In this document: piece after piece, positions 42,602-56,182 of the stretch
Numbering within the stretch: the first letter of the stretch is position 1
Layout: each line of letters opens with the position of its first letter
Assembly: GCA_003971905.1 (NCBI GenBank)
Contig: RSEE01000014.1
Span: 248,001 to 312,000 of the forward strand
DNA length: 64,000 nt
Reading direction: 5' to 3'
Source of the DNA: Moniliella sp. 'wahieum'
Lineage: Eukaryota
Position numbers and translations under genes: made by a program
Notes under the pieces: generated by a model
Told to the model about the DNA's origin: nothing
Databases searched by the model: none
What the model saw: only the letters and a program-made list of their open reading frames with translations

Positions 42602-44594
42602 ATGGACACACCAGTTTCGGTCGGCGACGAGGCGATCGACTTTGATGCCAGCCAGGACGACGAGTCAATGGGCTCCATCGCGTCGTCCCAGCCCTTCTTA
42701 CCGCTTGCTGCCAGCGTACCTTGCCCGCCCAAGCGACAGCCACTGGGCGAGCTGCGTATCAGTCCCGATGGCCACGTCCAAGTCGGCATCTACTGTCCCT
42801 CGTCGCCGCTCCGATCCCGCCGTTCCTCCACCGCGTCCTTGACCAGTGGCCGCTCCCCTTCTGTCTCCCCCTCTGCCTCGCCACGCCCGGTCCGCATCGC
42901 CGTTCGTCGCCCGCGTCGCAGCCACAGTGCCAACGATATTTTTGATCCGCCTGGCCATGAGTCCGGGGTGGGGGAAGGAATCGGCCCATCCACCTCTTCC
43001 CCTCGGTGGTGGAGCGCAAGATGATGCCCTCCAGTTCTTCCCGCAGCTTGCTCGGTCCCGGCACGCTCGACCTTGTTCTGGAGCATGAGCATGAGCAGGA
43101 GGGACAGCAGGACACGTCGGAGCGCGCGCAATGGGATCCGGTGGCAGAACGGACATTTGAGCGGACGTTCGAAAAGACTTTTGAACGAACGTTTGAACGT
43201 ACCCTACTTGCTGAAAACACGTTGGTGGATCGTACCGTACTTGGGCGGGTGGACGAATCTTTATCGCCGCGCGCGTCGCTTCTGACTGAACATGCTTCTG
43301 AAGCGCCCATTCGACGCGGATACAACCACGATCTAGCATGCGCGTCTTGCCGCGGATTAGCCAGCGGTACTTACCCTCCTCGTCTGCTGAAACTGCTGCT
43401 GCTCCCACTGGGCGCTCTTGCTCCTTCGGTCCAGGAGAAGGAGGCGATGGAAATTACCGACGATGGGCCAGGAAAACCAGGCCTTCTTCCTGCCTCTCAC
43501 ACGCCGGTCATTGGCCCGCGTCAGCGGCCCAGTCTACCCAGACCCGTCACCGCCCCGCTATTGGATGTACCGCCTATGGCGATGGGACGACGGGGGAAAG
43601 GTCACCGAGTCCATCAGGTCTTCCGAGCAAACACCTCTCTCCTTCTTTACCGCTTCCCCACGGGGCATCCGAACCTCGCTCTCCCCCTCCCGTCACCTTC
43701 GCCCAACACGTCTCCGCCGTACCTCGACAGCCTCCAGCACTTCAGCCTCGTCTGCCTGTGGGATGGGGGAACCGTTTACCATCTTTTCCGATCCCACGCC
43801 CGCCTCACTCCCGCCTACCCAGCCCCGATGCTCGGCGCAGCCCGAGACCGAGGTGAGTGGAACGGCGGGACCCCAGGATGCCAATGCAAGCTTGAATGCG
43901 CTGGATGGGCCGGATGAGAACCAGCCGCCAGCAGGGTGGACGCCTCATCGGTCAGTGCATGAGCCCGGTTCCAAGGGTCACAAAGCGAACAGGCTCCGTG
44001 CCCACCCCACCACAACCGAAGGTACGGTAAAGGACATGGCGAAGCCCGATGCAACCGCAACGCTTCCGACCAAAATCAACGACCTCCAACACGCATCGAC
44101 GTTCCCTCACCCTGGCACTTCTTCCGCCATGGACCAAACCGAGTCCGCTCCGAACCAACCTTGCTTCCCTACACCTTCGTCCACGTCCACGTCCACCTCC
44201 ACGCCTACGTCCACGTCTCTAGCTGGCACGCCTTCGACGGCCCAGTCCCCGCATCTGGTTGGCGTGGAGTTACTATGGAGTCTTCTCCCACTTTGGCCGA
44301 ACCACCTTCTAGTGTCGCGCCACCAATTCCACATGGGCCCGAGGTGCAGACTACACCTTGCTCCAAACCTCTCGTCTCGGCCGGACCAACAACGCTTTCT
44401 GTCTCGCCAACGCGACCGCCCGCTCATTCTCCCCGCCTACAGCCACACAGACTCCCCACCCTTACCCTGACACACGTCCATCCGCCTTGCTTTCTGCCAC
44501 ACCTGCCGCGCCGTGGACAGGACGAGTGCAGGGGGGCATGCGGGTGCGTGAGATTCGTGCCGCGTTTGAGTCCTTGGCACGGCAAGGGTCTTAA
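42602..44594 (+). CDS. Hypothetical low-complexity Ser/Pro-rich protein
   Basis: Chained ORFs from MDTPVSVGDE; internal ERTF repeats at ~43148-43203. No family recognised. Confidence 0.4.
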
Positions 44595-45755
44595 GCCGGA
44601 ACGGGAACGCCTACTTTTCTCTCCTCTCTCTTCCTCTCTCTTCATTTCCTTTTATTTGGCACACCTCCCTGATGATTGCGTGGTGGTCGTCACGGGTTCG
44701 GTCCCTAATCCCCATCCCTGCGCACTGTCACGCCGGTACGTCGTACCCAGTGCATGAGCCAGCAGCTATCACCTTTGCTGGCGTACCGTGCATTGCGCAT
44801 TGTCTTCGCTATACCTGACGGGGGGACGATCCAGTGGGACAGACATTGTCCCTGTCCACACTGCCCTGTCCACACTGCCCCTGTCCACCCACACTCGCTT
44901 GTTCGGTGTAACTTCAAGCTTCAAGCTTCATCCTCCCCCGCTCTCCCTATGAGTCTCCCACCTCTTCGCTCTCGTGCTGCGCCCTGGCTAAACGGCGCGC
45001 AGCCGTCAAGCTGAAGCTTCAACGTAGCTACTAAAGATCATTCTATTTTTCTTTGCGCATCGAAGGCTTGTAGAAGCAGCGTTTGGCAGCGATAGTCGGG
45101 TGTGATAGAGCCCCTGTTATACTGGTCATGGAACGCAGAAGGCGGAGGTCTCTTAGATGAGGGAGGGCAACGATTGATGAGATGCTTTCTTGTTGGTCGC
45201 CGCATATGGTGCGTGTGGATGATGAGTACGAGTGAGGATAGAGATTCCTGCCCTGTGACCAGTGATTGATGATCACCTGGTCGGCACTCCCTCTGTACTT
45301 TAAGATGTAAGCTCTATCACTCGGTCAACTATCACAATCACGTGTGATGTCACCTGTCAGGCCAGGAGGTAGGGTTGGGTGATGGGCTGGCAGGTGCTTG
45401 GCTGCGCCACAGAAGGAGGCTTGTTTCCATAGTGGACTTGGTGTGCGTTTCTTGGGCGCTGGATACAAGCGACTGCGGGTGGTGTGTGCGCGCGCGGTGG
45501 CCACAACAGGGGCTGATGTTGGCGCTGCTCTCTGGGCTTGCCTTGGCTTGTCTTGTTGCTTTTTCTCTTCTTATCTTCTCTTGTCTGCTCTTCCCTGCTC
45601 TTCCCTTATTCTGTTCCGTGCCCGACCACCTCCTCCGCGTTCGGCGCATCTGCACTCCCCTCACACCCGTCCCCCCCTCCACTCTGTTGCTCCAAGATGC
45701 TTCCCCACACGGTGCACCGACCCTCTTCTGCCCCTTCCTCTTCCCCATCAGCGGG

Positions 45756-46400
45756 ATGACCCTCATCCAGCAACCCTTTCTACGTCCTCCCCCCTACCCC
45801 ACACGCCACTGGCCAACGAACTGTTGCCGCTGCCCGACGACCTGGACTTGAGCGCGTACTTTCAGTACGACTTTTCGTTGGAATCCTTCGTCACCAACCC
45901 GCCCTCGTGGATGATTCAAGCGGCCAAGCATGCGCGTCCCCTGGCTCTTCGACCCACTGCCCGCGTCCGACGCTGGTCCACCACTGCCCCGCCCGCAGGC
46001 CAAGCAACCGACACGACATGTTCCAACTCGGGTGCAACGTCCACCATAGTCCCTGTCTCCTCTTCGAGCCAGGACACGTCAGGAGAATGGACGTTGTTAC
46101 TTCCTCCCGGACACGCCGGGACAGCCCGTTCGCCCGTCGTGCGTCGGGCAGAAATTGCATCGACGATCCAATGGGCTCATGCTCGTGTGGCGCAACACCA
46201 AGCGGACCAAATGGAGCGGCAGAAGCAAGTCCTCGCACATATTGCGCCCGGGTACGACCCGGACCATATTTTGGTTCCCTCGGCACCTCCTTTCCCCCCT
46301 GCACGTGTTAGTGCGCTCAGCCGAGTCACCCAAAGGCGCTCTTTGACTGCCCCCCTCCCCCCCGGCCTGCCTTTAGGAATTCACTGCGAGCGCGTAGGGT
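45756..46400 (+). CDS. Small protein with UMA-like (UBAP1/MVB12) motif; ends uncertain
   Basis: LLPLPDDLDLSAYFQYDFSLESFV, then a helical segment ending HIAPGYDPDHILVP. Confidence 0.5.
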
Positions 46401-46489
46401 CGCCGAACACCCTCCGCCCTGCCTCCGGCCCTGTCACGCTGCTGGGGCACCGTCGTATGCGGCTGGCCTATCTTATACCCAGCTCGGCC

Positions 46490-47800
46490 ATGCCCGACAC
46501 GGCGATATCAATACCTTCATCTGGTGTCGACCATCAGGGCCGCGACCCAGGTACGTTAAACCATTCTTCGGTCTTCCTTTCTGCCCATGCTCGTTACCCA
46601 TACTCATCATACGCCATCTCACCAGTCTCACTCGTCTTCCATGTCCCATGGAAGTGGCGGGTCGACCATCTCGCCCGGCCAATCGCATTCTGCGCCGCTA
46701 TCGTCCGCTCCGGGCGCGTCCACCATACCACCGCACCCGGACCGCACGCACCACCACTACTCGCCCTATTGCTCCGCAGCCGCGTACGTGCAGAAACCGA
46801 CGCGCTCTGGCAGCCCTCACCAACTACCCAACCCCCATGACCCACCTACGACGAAACCTCCACATCCACATCCACATCCACATCCACCTTTGGCAACTAC
46901 GGAGAAGGAGGAAGAAACTTCCCTCTCTCTGGCCGACATTTCCTCTCTCAGTTCTTCCTCGTCGAATTCCGATGACGATCTGGGTCCCGAACCTGCGGAC
47001 TTTACACCCCCACTTAGCACGCGCCATGGACACGCACCTACCCGTTTTCGCTCCGTTCCGACCGTGGGCGCGTCGCACCACCCATCTTCTTCCTCTTGGT
47101 CCGCAGCCGGTCAAGAGTACCGTCGGTCCTTCCACTTTGCCCATCACCAAGCTGGTATCCCTCTCGCCTCGTCTTCCGAGGCGGAAGGCGAAGGCCAAGG
47201 CCAAGCTAAACCACCGCCCATCTCCCCCCTTTGGCAGCTGCTTCTGCTTCTTCTGCACCTACTTCTGCTCTCTGCCTCTGCACCTGGTTCAGCCTCAGCC
47301 TCAGCCTCTGTCCCCCCGCACATCCACACCGCCTCGTCCCCCTCTCCTCCAGCTGGTCCGAGGCGGAGAATGTGTCGCTTACGGATACGGGCAACCAACC
47401 CTTGGCCCCGGTGCGAACGCTAACCAACAGTCCAACCGAGATGCTAGGTACGCTCCCGCTCCGCGCAACCACACCGGCACCCACCACGCCCGTGACGCAA
47501 GAGGCGAGCGGGTACTTGCCCGCCGCGGTAGGACAGGTGCAACTTGGTGCGTCAGGTGCGTCAGGTGCGTCAGGTGCGTCAGAGCGGGCAGTCCAACTGG
47601 ATGCTAACGACGCTGATGCACCGGATGCACTACCACTCTTGCTCCCTCAACCTCAACCTCAACCTCAGCCCACCCCAACCTTCGCCGCGCTTGCAACGAC
47701 CTACTCCTCACGTGCATTACTCTCCACCGAACCGGCCCGAGTCCCAGACCCAGACCCAGACCCAGACCAAGGCGAACCCGACCGACGACCTAGTGACTTT
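46490..47800 (+). CDS. Hypothetical Ser/His/Pro-rich protein
   Basis: Overlapping low-complexity ORFs (46587-47423, 47231-47869). Confidence 0.35.
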
Positions 47801-48389
47801 GTAGGACCAGACAAGCCAGGCATTTACTTTTCTTCTCTGCTACGTGTTACGTGTTATGTGTTAGGGTAGACCTTAGGCGCAGGAGGAAAGTGTGGTGAGG
47901 AAAGGGAAAGGGTGCGGGATGGGGACCCTAATGGAAATTTTTGGTAGTGTCCAGGCAAGAAGCGGACGGTTGGTCGTGAGACCTAGGCCATGGAAACAAG
48001 TAACAAGCGTGCGGCGAGGCAAGCAAGCGAAACAAGGTGGGCGAGTTGACCTCAAGGCCTCAGGGCTGAGCGGGGCGCGCTGGGAACAGCCCAGAGAACC
48101 ATGATGCATGAGCCAACAGAACGACTCGTACTTCGAGAGGGTAGAGGGGAGGGGGGAGGGGCATAACGGCGCGAGCAGGCCGGGCGGGCGAGGGGGAAGC
48201 ATGGAGACAAAAGTGGGAGCAGGAGATGGAAGGGAGGAAAGGGGGGGGGGAGGAGGGGGAACTAAAAGATGGGATATGAGGGGCCAGCAACGTAAGGATC
48301 CGACGAGAAACAAGGGGGAGAAGGATAGGTGCCGTGATGAGGCGGGTCGTGGAGCCTACTTCATTTCGCCTTGGTAGGTGGGTTAAGCC

Positions 48390-48808
48390 TTAAGCCGACT
48401 TCTTGAGTTGCTCGCCCAAGAGCTTCCTCCGCTGCTGCTTGAGGTGGGTAATTTCAAAGCGCTGGAAGTCGGTGGTGGACTTCTTAGCCTGGCGAGCGGC
48501 GAGCGTCTTGGCCCAGTTGCTCGCTGCCCACTTCTCAGCCACACCGGCTTTTTCAAAGTACTTCTTGACCACCTTGGAGCGCGCTGCGCGGGGCAAGTCC
48601 TTAACCACAAACTTGGTCAGGATCAAGTACTTGTACTGGAACGGCTGGCGCGCGACACCAGTCGTCGGGCCATCAATGATCGCACGGTTGGCATCAATGA
48701 TCTCGGCAATGACAGCGAGCTTGCCATTGATCGGCGACGTTTCGTCGTTGATCAGCACCACACGGCCCACTCGACAAACCGCTTGAAGGAGGAAACTTGG
48801 GACGACAT
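48390..48808 (-). CDS. RPL14: 60S ribosomal protein eL14
   Basis: FKRFVE/GRVVLIN..GKLAVIAEIIDANRAIIDGP..RQ..LPRAARSKVVKK..TDFQRF. The ATG directly follows an intron acceptor. Confidence 0.95.
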
Positions 48809-49697
48809 CTGTCCATCGCGTCGGTCAGCATCGGTTCTCTGAGAATGCGATTCTAGCCCAAGGAGAACCCCAAGGAGATCCCCGCGTGCTGACGGGAGGA
48901 ACACCACGGTGCTCCCACCCCAGGTGCACGGAACCAAGACGTACTGATGAGTTGATCTTGGAGCCAGATGGTGAGAAAGAGTCCGGGCCTGGCGGTGGAC
49001 CAACCCACCCCAGGCAGCCCAGGACGGCGCGGCGAGGACAGGCCGGCACAAAGTGACACTGGCGCTGTTCCATTTTGACAACCCCAACGGAAAATGTGGC
49101 GTGGGGGCAGTGTGTCGGAACTCCTGCTGCGGCACATTTGGAAGGGTTGGTTGGTTCAACTGTTCATTAATTATTTCATTTGTTGGCTCGTCGATGCTAT
49201 TTGCTGGGACAACAACAGATTGTTAGATCTCGGAGCTGGGGGGGCTCGCAACACAGATGCGTACGAGTGGAGGGCAGACAGACCTGCAGCCCAGCGGTCG
49301 ATCAGCCGCCAGCAAACAACACAACCATTCATGAAGGTACTATTATGTATTGTGCCCGATTGTGGGTAGATGAAGCTTGAAGCTTGAAGCCCGCCCGCCT
49401 GAGGCAGCGGGACCACGTTCCCATACCGACTCTGCACACAGTGGGGAGACGGTAGGTACGCGGTAACCCAGTAACAGGGGCTCAAACGCTCACGGCTCAT
49501 GAAATCTGATTCATGATCAGCTAGCTGGACTGGTTGCTACGGGTGTCTACGATGCCACGCGAGCTGATAGCTGCGAGTGGTAAAGAGGGCAAAGAAGGCA
49601 AGGTGGGCAAAGAGGGCAAAGAAGGCACGGTGGGCAAAAAGGCAAGAAAGGCAAGAAAAGGAAAGAAAAGGCAAGAAAGGCTAGGTAGGATGGATTT

Positions 49698-50867
49698 TCA
49701 GAGGGGTTGCTGCGATGCAGGGGAAACAATGTGGGTGAGAAAGTACTTGTGCAGACGGGCGTCGGGCGTGAGTTCCGGGTGGAACGAGGTAGCCAACAAG
49801 TTACCCTGACGCAGCGCGACAATCTGAGCATCGTAATCGGGACGAACACCAAGGACCTTGGTATCAGTATCGCTCTGTGTGGTCGGTACGGGCAAAGGCG
49901 AGGACAACGGCCGAGGGGTGACGGAACGAGCTTGGTCTTCGTCCCGTGCCAGCGCGTAGGGCGGATGAACATGTTCTTCCGGGGCAGCGCGACGGGGTGG
50001 GCCAAGGAGGCGAGAATGTGGATGGGCGGACGTGGGGTTCCGCTGGCATGGGCAAGAGGCGGCGCAATGTTGATGGGCAACGAGGAGCGGGGGACGAGGG
50101 GTCTTGCTCTGTCACTGTGCTGTGGCTTGAGGAGCGACGTATGGACTGGGAGTATCCGGATCCAAGAGGCAGTCCAAGACGGGGGCACGGATGAAAACGG
50201 CGGGAAAAGGTTCGGGGCCTAGGACAGGCATGTCCAAGGACGTTTCGAACGAAGCAGTCTGACTTCCATAGCCATTACGTTCGATCCGCGCATCAATGCC
50301 TCCAATCAACTCTTGGCCACCCCGCTTGCCCGCCGACGCTTCGCGCGAGAGCAGAATCATACCTGCACATGTACCCCAGGTCGGACGGTCGGCTGCCACC
50401 CACGCACGAAGGGGCTCCAGCAACCCCGACCGCTGCATACCCAAAGCGATCGCCGTCGATTCGCCGCCGGGAAGGATGATGCCCGCGAGACCGTCCAAGT
50501 CGTCGGGGGAGCGAACCAAGCGAGACAGAACCTGGACATTTTCACACGCAACACTGTGCTTGTGAACCTCTTGCTTTTTGCGACCCGAGGCGAGGTAGGC
50601 AGCCTCGGCTTCAGACTCGATCAGGCGCCCAGCACGCGTGAGATGGGTCATGTGCTCACGGAAGGCACCTTGGATGGCCACGACGCCGATAACGAGCGTG
50701 CGGGGCGGGGGGGGGAGCGTGGGCTGGCGCTTGGGACGCGGACGGGGGGAGGCGGTGCGGCTACCGCTGGCCGCGCGGCTGGGGGACGGGGAGCCAGGGA
50801 CGGGCGAGGCAGGGCCGGACGACGGCGCACGCATGGCCATTGGGCGCACGAGGGGCGACGACTCCAT
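49698..50867 (-). CDS. SNO1: Pyridoxal 5'-phosphate synthase glutaminase subunit (Pdx2/Sno)
   Basis: [59 protein letters not shown]. Confidence 0.93.
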
Positions 50868-51567
50868 GGCACAGGCACAGGCGCAGGCACGGGCACGGGG
50901 GCACGGGCACGGGCACGGGCTCGTGGTCGTGTCAGGACGAGGGGCGGGGGGGGGAGGCGAGGAGGAGGCAGGCGGCGGCTTGGGCTGGTCCGACGGCTGC
51001 GGCGCTTCGCGGCTCAAAGCGCCCAGGAAGGCAAGCGAGCGCACCCTGGGCTGAGGCGCTGAGGCAGCACACAGCAGAAAAAAACAGACACAGAAAACAC
51101 CGCACACTCGACCCGTAAATTTAAACCCGGCCCAGCCGCGAAGCTTCGACGCCAAGCAAACCAGCACAAATCGGCTGACCTAATGCAGCCATCTCCGCCC
51201 ACGTCACGTGCTTTCGGCCGCCCCGACGTAATCTGCATGTCACCCGTCACGCGTCAGTACTCAGCTGTCAGTCATACAAACGTCAGTACTCAGTCAGACA
51301 ATGGAGCACCGCTATCGCAGCAGGGGTCTAGCTAGAGGGACCTGAAAATGAATAGGGTGGTTATAGCAACAGAAAAAGTGAGGGGAGAGAAGAGCACACG
51401 GGTACAAGAGAGAAAAAAAGAGAGAGAGAGAGAGAGTCCGAAGAACAGGCAGAAGCATCGGCACCAAAGACAAACGGAAAGCATCCAAAGGTGCATCGAG
51501 CATCACGCTCATCCAGCCTCAAGCTTCAAGCTCATCAGGCTTCCAGAGCTTCAACAACCATCAAGAA

Positions 51568-54500
51568 TCAACCATCAACCTTCAATCCCCCCGCCGCCGA
51601 GGGGGAAACGGTAGCAGGCGGGGAGAAGGACCAGATGCGGACCGAACGATCATCTGATCCCGACACGATCTTATCGTCGCCCAAAGCGACAGCTGTGACG
51701 GGGGCAGTGTGACCGACGAGGGTGGACTCGCAAGCGCCCGTATCGCGGTCCCAAACTTTGACCGTGCGATCGTGGGAGGCCGAGACGATACGTAAGTTGT
51801 CCGCGTCCACGGCCCAGACACCTTCGACGTGACCGAAAATCGTGCGCACACACACGCCCGTCAAGACATCAAACACTTTCAGTGTGTTGTCCAGACTGCC
51901 ACTGATCAACACGGGGCGTTGGGCCGCACAGCCCGACTCGTCACTCGTCTCGGTCGGCGGTACCGTCTTGAACTTACTTGCGGTGCCCATGTCCGAATCG
52001 GCTTCCTGGTCAAACAGGGCATAATAAAAATCGGGCAATTCTCCGTCCGCCGGCAACCCCGGTGCCAAGCCAGCATCCGACAAGATGCGATGCAGACGGT
52101 CCAGGTGCTTGGGCAACTTGGACCGTCGACGTGGAGCACGCTGGGTAGGGGGACGCAGAACATCGTCCTGCTCCTCGTCTTCCCCTTGCCAAGCGAACAC
52201 TGGCGCATCGTCCCTTCGGAGCGGGTTGAGCGGAACAAACGGATCGGCCGTGCCCGTGTCCGTGCTGGCACGCACAGGACTTGGTGTTGCAGGACGCAGT
52301 CGCGGTAGACGGGTCGACCGCTCAGCCGGTGGCAAGGCAGCCTGGGCAAAGAACCGAGGTGGAAGATCAGGTTGGTTGGTATTGGCTTCCCGTCCACCAG
52401 GGACATTGGATGGGTTGTACCCACACCGCGTGCCGTCGTCCAAGTTGGATCGGCGGTCAGCTTCCTCGTCCGACCGAGACCGGCGGCCGCGCGAGCCATC
52501 GTCCGCGCTACTCGTGTTCACCTTGGTGCGCGACGTGGTGGACAGGTGCCGTTGGCCCAGACGTAACAGAGCGGGGTCCATCATGGTAAGCTTGATGCTT
52601 TGTACTTGGGTAACGTGCCTTCATATGTTAAGAGGCACTCGCGCGTCCGCAAGTCCCACAACTTGATCGTCGTATCATCCGAAGCAGAGAACAAGAAGGC
52701 AGGGCGTTCCGTCCCATCTGCCTCGGGGACTCGCTGGAGGGTGTGGGTTTAGGTGGCGTCCAGAGATGCACTGCATTAACCCAATCTTGATGACCGCGAA
52801 GGGTAAAGCATTCGCCTGATCGGAAGTTCCACACCTTGATCTCCGAATCTGCCGAGCCCGACGCCAACATATCGTCATTAAAGTGCAGGCACACAATGCC
52901 CGCCGTGTGACCCTCCAAGGTCCGATACAGTGCCCCGGTCCGCCAATTCCAAATCTTGAGTGTCCGGTCCATCGAGCCGGTGATTAACTTAAATTCGTCA
53001 AACTGAAGACAACGTACCCCGCGCGTGTGACCGCGCAATACACGTAGTTCCTTGCCCGTCTCCAAATCCCAGACCCGGGCTGTACGATCGTAACTGCCCG
53101 TGATCAAGACAGAGGAAGGGAAGTGGTTGAGCGTTTCGCTAAACTTGAGGCACATGATCCCATCGGTGTGGCCCCGAAGCTCCTTGACGCGGTAGCGGCC
53201 ACGACGCCAGTTACGTTCGATTACCAACCGCTCGCAGTACACACTCTTCCACGGCCGGGTCAAAACGGGAGCTGGGGCCAGTCCATCAGGGCCAGGAACC
53301 GGGGTGTTGCCACAACCGGGGACAGGACTCCCCTGGGACACCGACGAGGCCCGAGTCGTACTCGGTGGGGTAGAGACCCAGTCGTTGTCAAGGCCTGTTG
53401 ATTTGCTTCATGGCCACTAGCCAAATCTTGTCGCGCACGCTTGGTAGCCCGACACGATTCTTGCTCGGTCGTGTCGTCCAAGTCGCCGTTCGACGGGCGC
53501 GAACGCTTCTCCAATGCCGCCGCATTGGCCTTGGCTGTAATCGACCGCTTCAAACCACCTGGCGTATCCGGCGAAAGGCTAGACGAGGCGCTTGAACCGT
53601 GTGAAGCCCCACCCAAAGATGTGCCACTTTCGGTACCTGACGCAGGCGCCGCAGGTGAAGCAACCGGTAGCAAAGGCAGCAGAAACAGGGTCACGCGAGG
53701 GAGGGCGGGAGGCGGGACAGTGGTGGTAGCGGAAGCGGCAGCAGAAGCGGAAGTGGAAGCGGCAATCGCAGTTGCCGGGGTAGGGGTAGTGGCAGTACTG
53801 GTCGGAGGGGTAGCCGAGACAGTCGATGGAGCCACATATGGCGGCCTGCGCCGCTTTTGTCGCTCAACAAGGGCAGACCCCAGCCACATTTTCACATTTG
53901 CGCTCAATGTGCTGTGCACACATTGAGCGCCACAGCAGATCGTCGTCAGCCAAGTCACGCCAGCGTCGACTGACCTGAGCGGCACGGCCGAGGGTCATGG
54001 CGTCCGTATAGCCCAGTACCTTGAGGCTAATTTCGCGTGGGAAGAGGGTGAACGGGTCGACGCGAGTAGCATTGGTCAGCTCGGTGCTGAGGAGCGAAAG
54101 TTGCGAGAAACAGCACATGGTCAATATGCCTTGGAGAATGAGCGCACGGCGTTGGTGGGACGAGGCGCTGAAGATGGACCAAACTGTATTGACCGCCCGC
54201 TGGTCGGACAGGGCAGGGATTCGATCGACTGAGCAGAACGGGAGGGATGGCGTGAGTGGGCTGTGACCTAACACAACAGTAGGACACGACAAGAACAAAA
54301 GACGTACTTTTTGAAGCTTGGCAGTGGTGCCTTCATCCGCCATGCGCTGGTGGCGTACACACAGTTTTCGTGAGGCCGGAGGTACCAGGGGTGTTGGAGA
54401 TGACCAAGCCATCAGCAGTGGGAGCCAGGCCGGGACTCAAGGTGGCAAGGGTGGGCAAAGGCGAGGACGGAGAGGCGGTGGCGATGATGTGGGTATTGGC

Positions 54501-54850
54501 TGCATCGCGTCCGTGGTGGCGGTGGCAGCGGCAGGGCATCGGCAGTGGCAGTGGCAGTCGTAGGCGTGGCGGACATTGCGGCGGGATGGCGCGTCGCCTA
54601 GCAGGCCCGGCGGGAGCAGCGGCTGGGCGGGGACAGGGCGGCATGGCAGGGGCAGCACTGGCGGTGGCAGGGGAGGGGACAGATACGGGATGGCGTCGCG
54701 TTCGCGCAGCTTGCCCTTGACGTCGGCATGAAGGGGCGAGCAGTCGTCGACGACGGGGGGGTGGAGGGGCAGGGGGCCGCCGAGGCGAGGGGGACGCGGG
54801 GCGGGGCGGCAGGAGCGGTGGGGGGCGGGAGGAGCAGGCGGGCGGTCCAT
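51568..54850 (-). CDS. MET30: F-box/WD40 sulfur regulator Met30/SconB (start uncertain)
   Basis: KLCVRHQRMADEG, D-domain RALILQGILTMCCFSQLS, F-box DPFTLFPREISLKVLGY, RPWKSVYCERL, WD40 repeats with GSYDRT and FGHVEGVW. Confidence 0.9.
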
Positions 54851-55777
54851 GCTGGGCAGGGGGCGGTGTGTGGGGGAGCGGGACGGAATGACACGCCGAC
54901 GCGTGCTCTGTTGGGAGCGTGTTGGTGGTCGCGGGGGGGGGGGAGGCGGGGCGGGGGGGGTGATGCATGGATGCCGATGGATGATGGATGATGCAGATGG
55001 ATGATGCAGGCGGGTGGCGAGAAGACGCCATCTGCTGGGCGGCCTGCCTCTGTGCTGTGATTAATGATTAATGATTCCGAAAGCACCAGAAGCAGATCCA
55101 TTCTGACAACAAATTTGCCGCCGCCACACGTGCTCCTTGCGGGCGGCGTGTATTGGACAGCACCAGTAGCCCCGCTAGGGTTGTCGCCCGTCGCCGTGCT
55201 GTTGGTTGATTCATCGTTCCGCATTCGCACGCCATCTGCTCGCGCTGGCCACGGGTGATGCCGCTGATGAATCATTCTGGTGATTCAAGCGGACGGGACG
55301 ACGCGACCAGCAACAGCAACTAGTAACCCATTGACACCTGCGCCTGAGGCCACAGGCTGACGCCACAGCTCCTCGGATGCGCGCCGAATCATGAATCATT
55401 AATCAACCCATCCTGTCTCCTCCAAGTCGTCGGCCTCACTTTCACTCTCCCTTGCCACTTCGCCATGCTAGTCGCAGGCCTCGCATCTGACGTGCGCGTG
55501 ACTACTGACTAGCGACTAGCGACTAGCGACTAGTGACTTTGTGTCTAGTAAACGTTAAACGTCAAATTTCAAACCGAACCCCGAAGCTTCAACGTTCAGT
55601 TGATCATTCATCAATTGCAATTTGAAACAACTACCTCGGAGCCTTTTTCGCACCCTCTCGGCCCCCCAACCACAAACCCTCCGCCCGCTGCACCACCACC
55701 ACCGCCCCAGCTCTCCTTTGCTTGCTGCCGCGCCTCCCGGACCCCCCATCGACTTGTCTACCCCTTCCCCCCTCATC

Positions 55778-56182
55778 ATGTCGGAGGTACGTCGTACGCC
55801 CCTCTCTCTGTCTTCTGCGCATCTCCTGTCCACGTCCACGCGTCCCTTCCAGCCCCGACATCCTCTCTCTGACATGTGACATGTGACACTGGGCCCGGTG
55901 GGGTACCGCTTACCGCTTCCCGCTTCCCGCTTCCCGCTTCCGCTTATCGCTTACGGTTTACCTTGGATGCAGCACGAGTACCACTTTGATGTCAAGATGA
56001 GCTGCAGTGGCTGCAGCGGTGCGGTCAGTCGCGTGCTGGGCAAGTTGGATGGCGTTTCGTCGTACGATGTCAACTTGGAAACGCAGAGCGTGGTCGTCAA
56101 AGGTACCGTGCCATACGACACTGTCCTTGAGAAGATCAAGAAAACAGGCAAGGAGGTGCTCAAGGGTACCGTGGTGGCCTAA
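55778..56182 (+). CDS. ATX1: Copper chaperone Atx1 (intron 55787-55972)
   Basis: MSE/HEYHFDVKMSCSGCSGAVSRVLGKL...IKKTGKEV; MxCxxC motif. Confidence 0.95.

Noticed and set aside
49698..56182. SNO1-MET30-ATX1 as a functional cluster
   Set aside because: No SNZ1 partner and no shared pathway evidence; ordinary gene neighbourhood.
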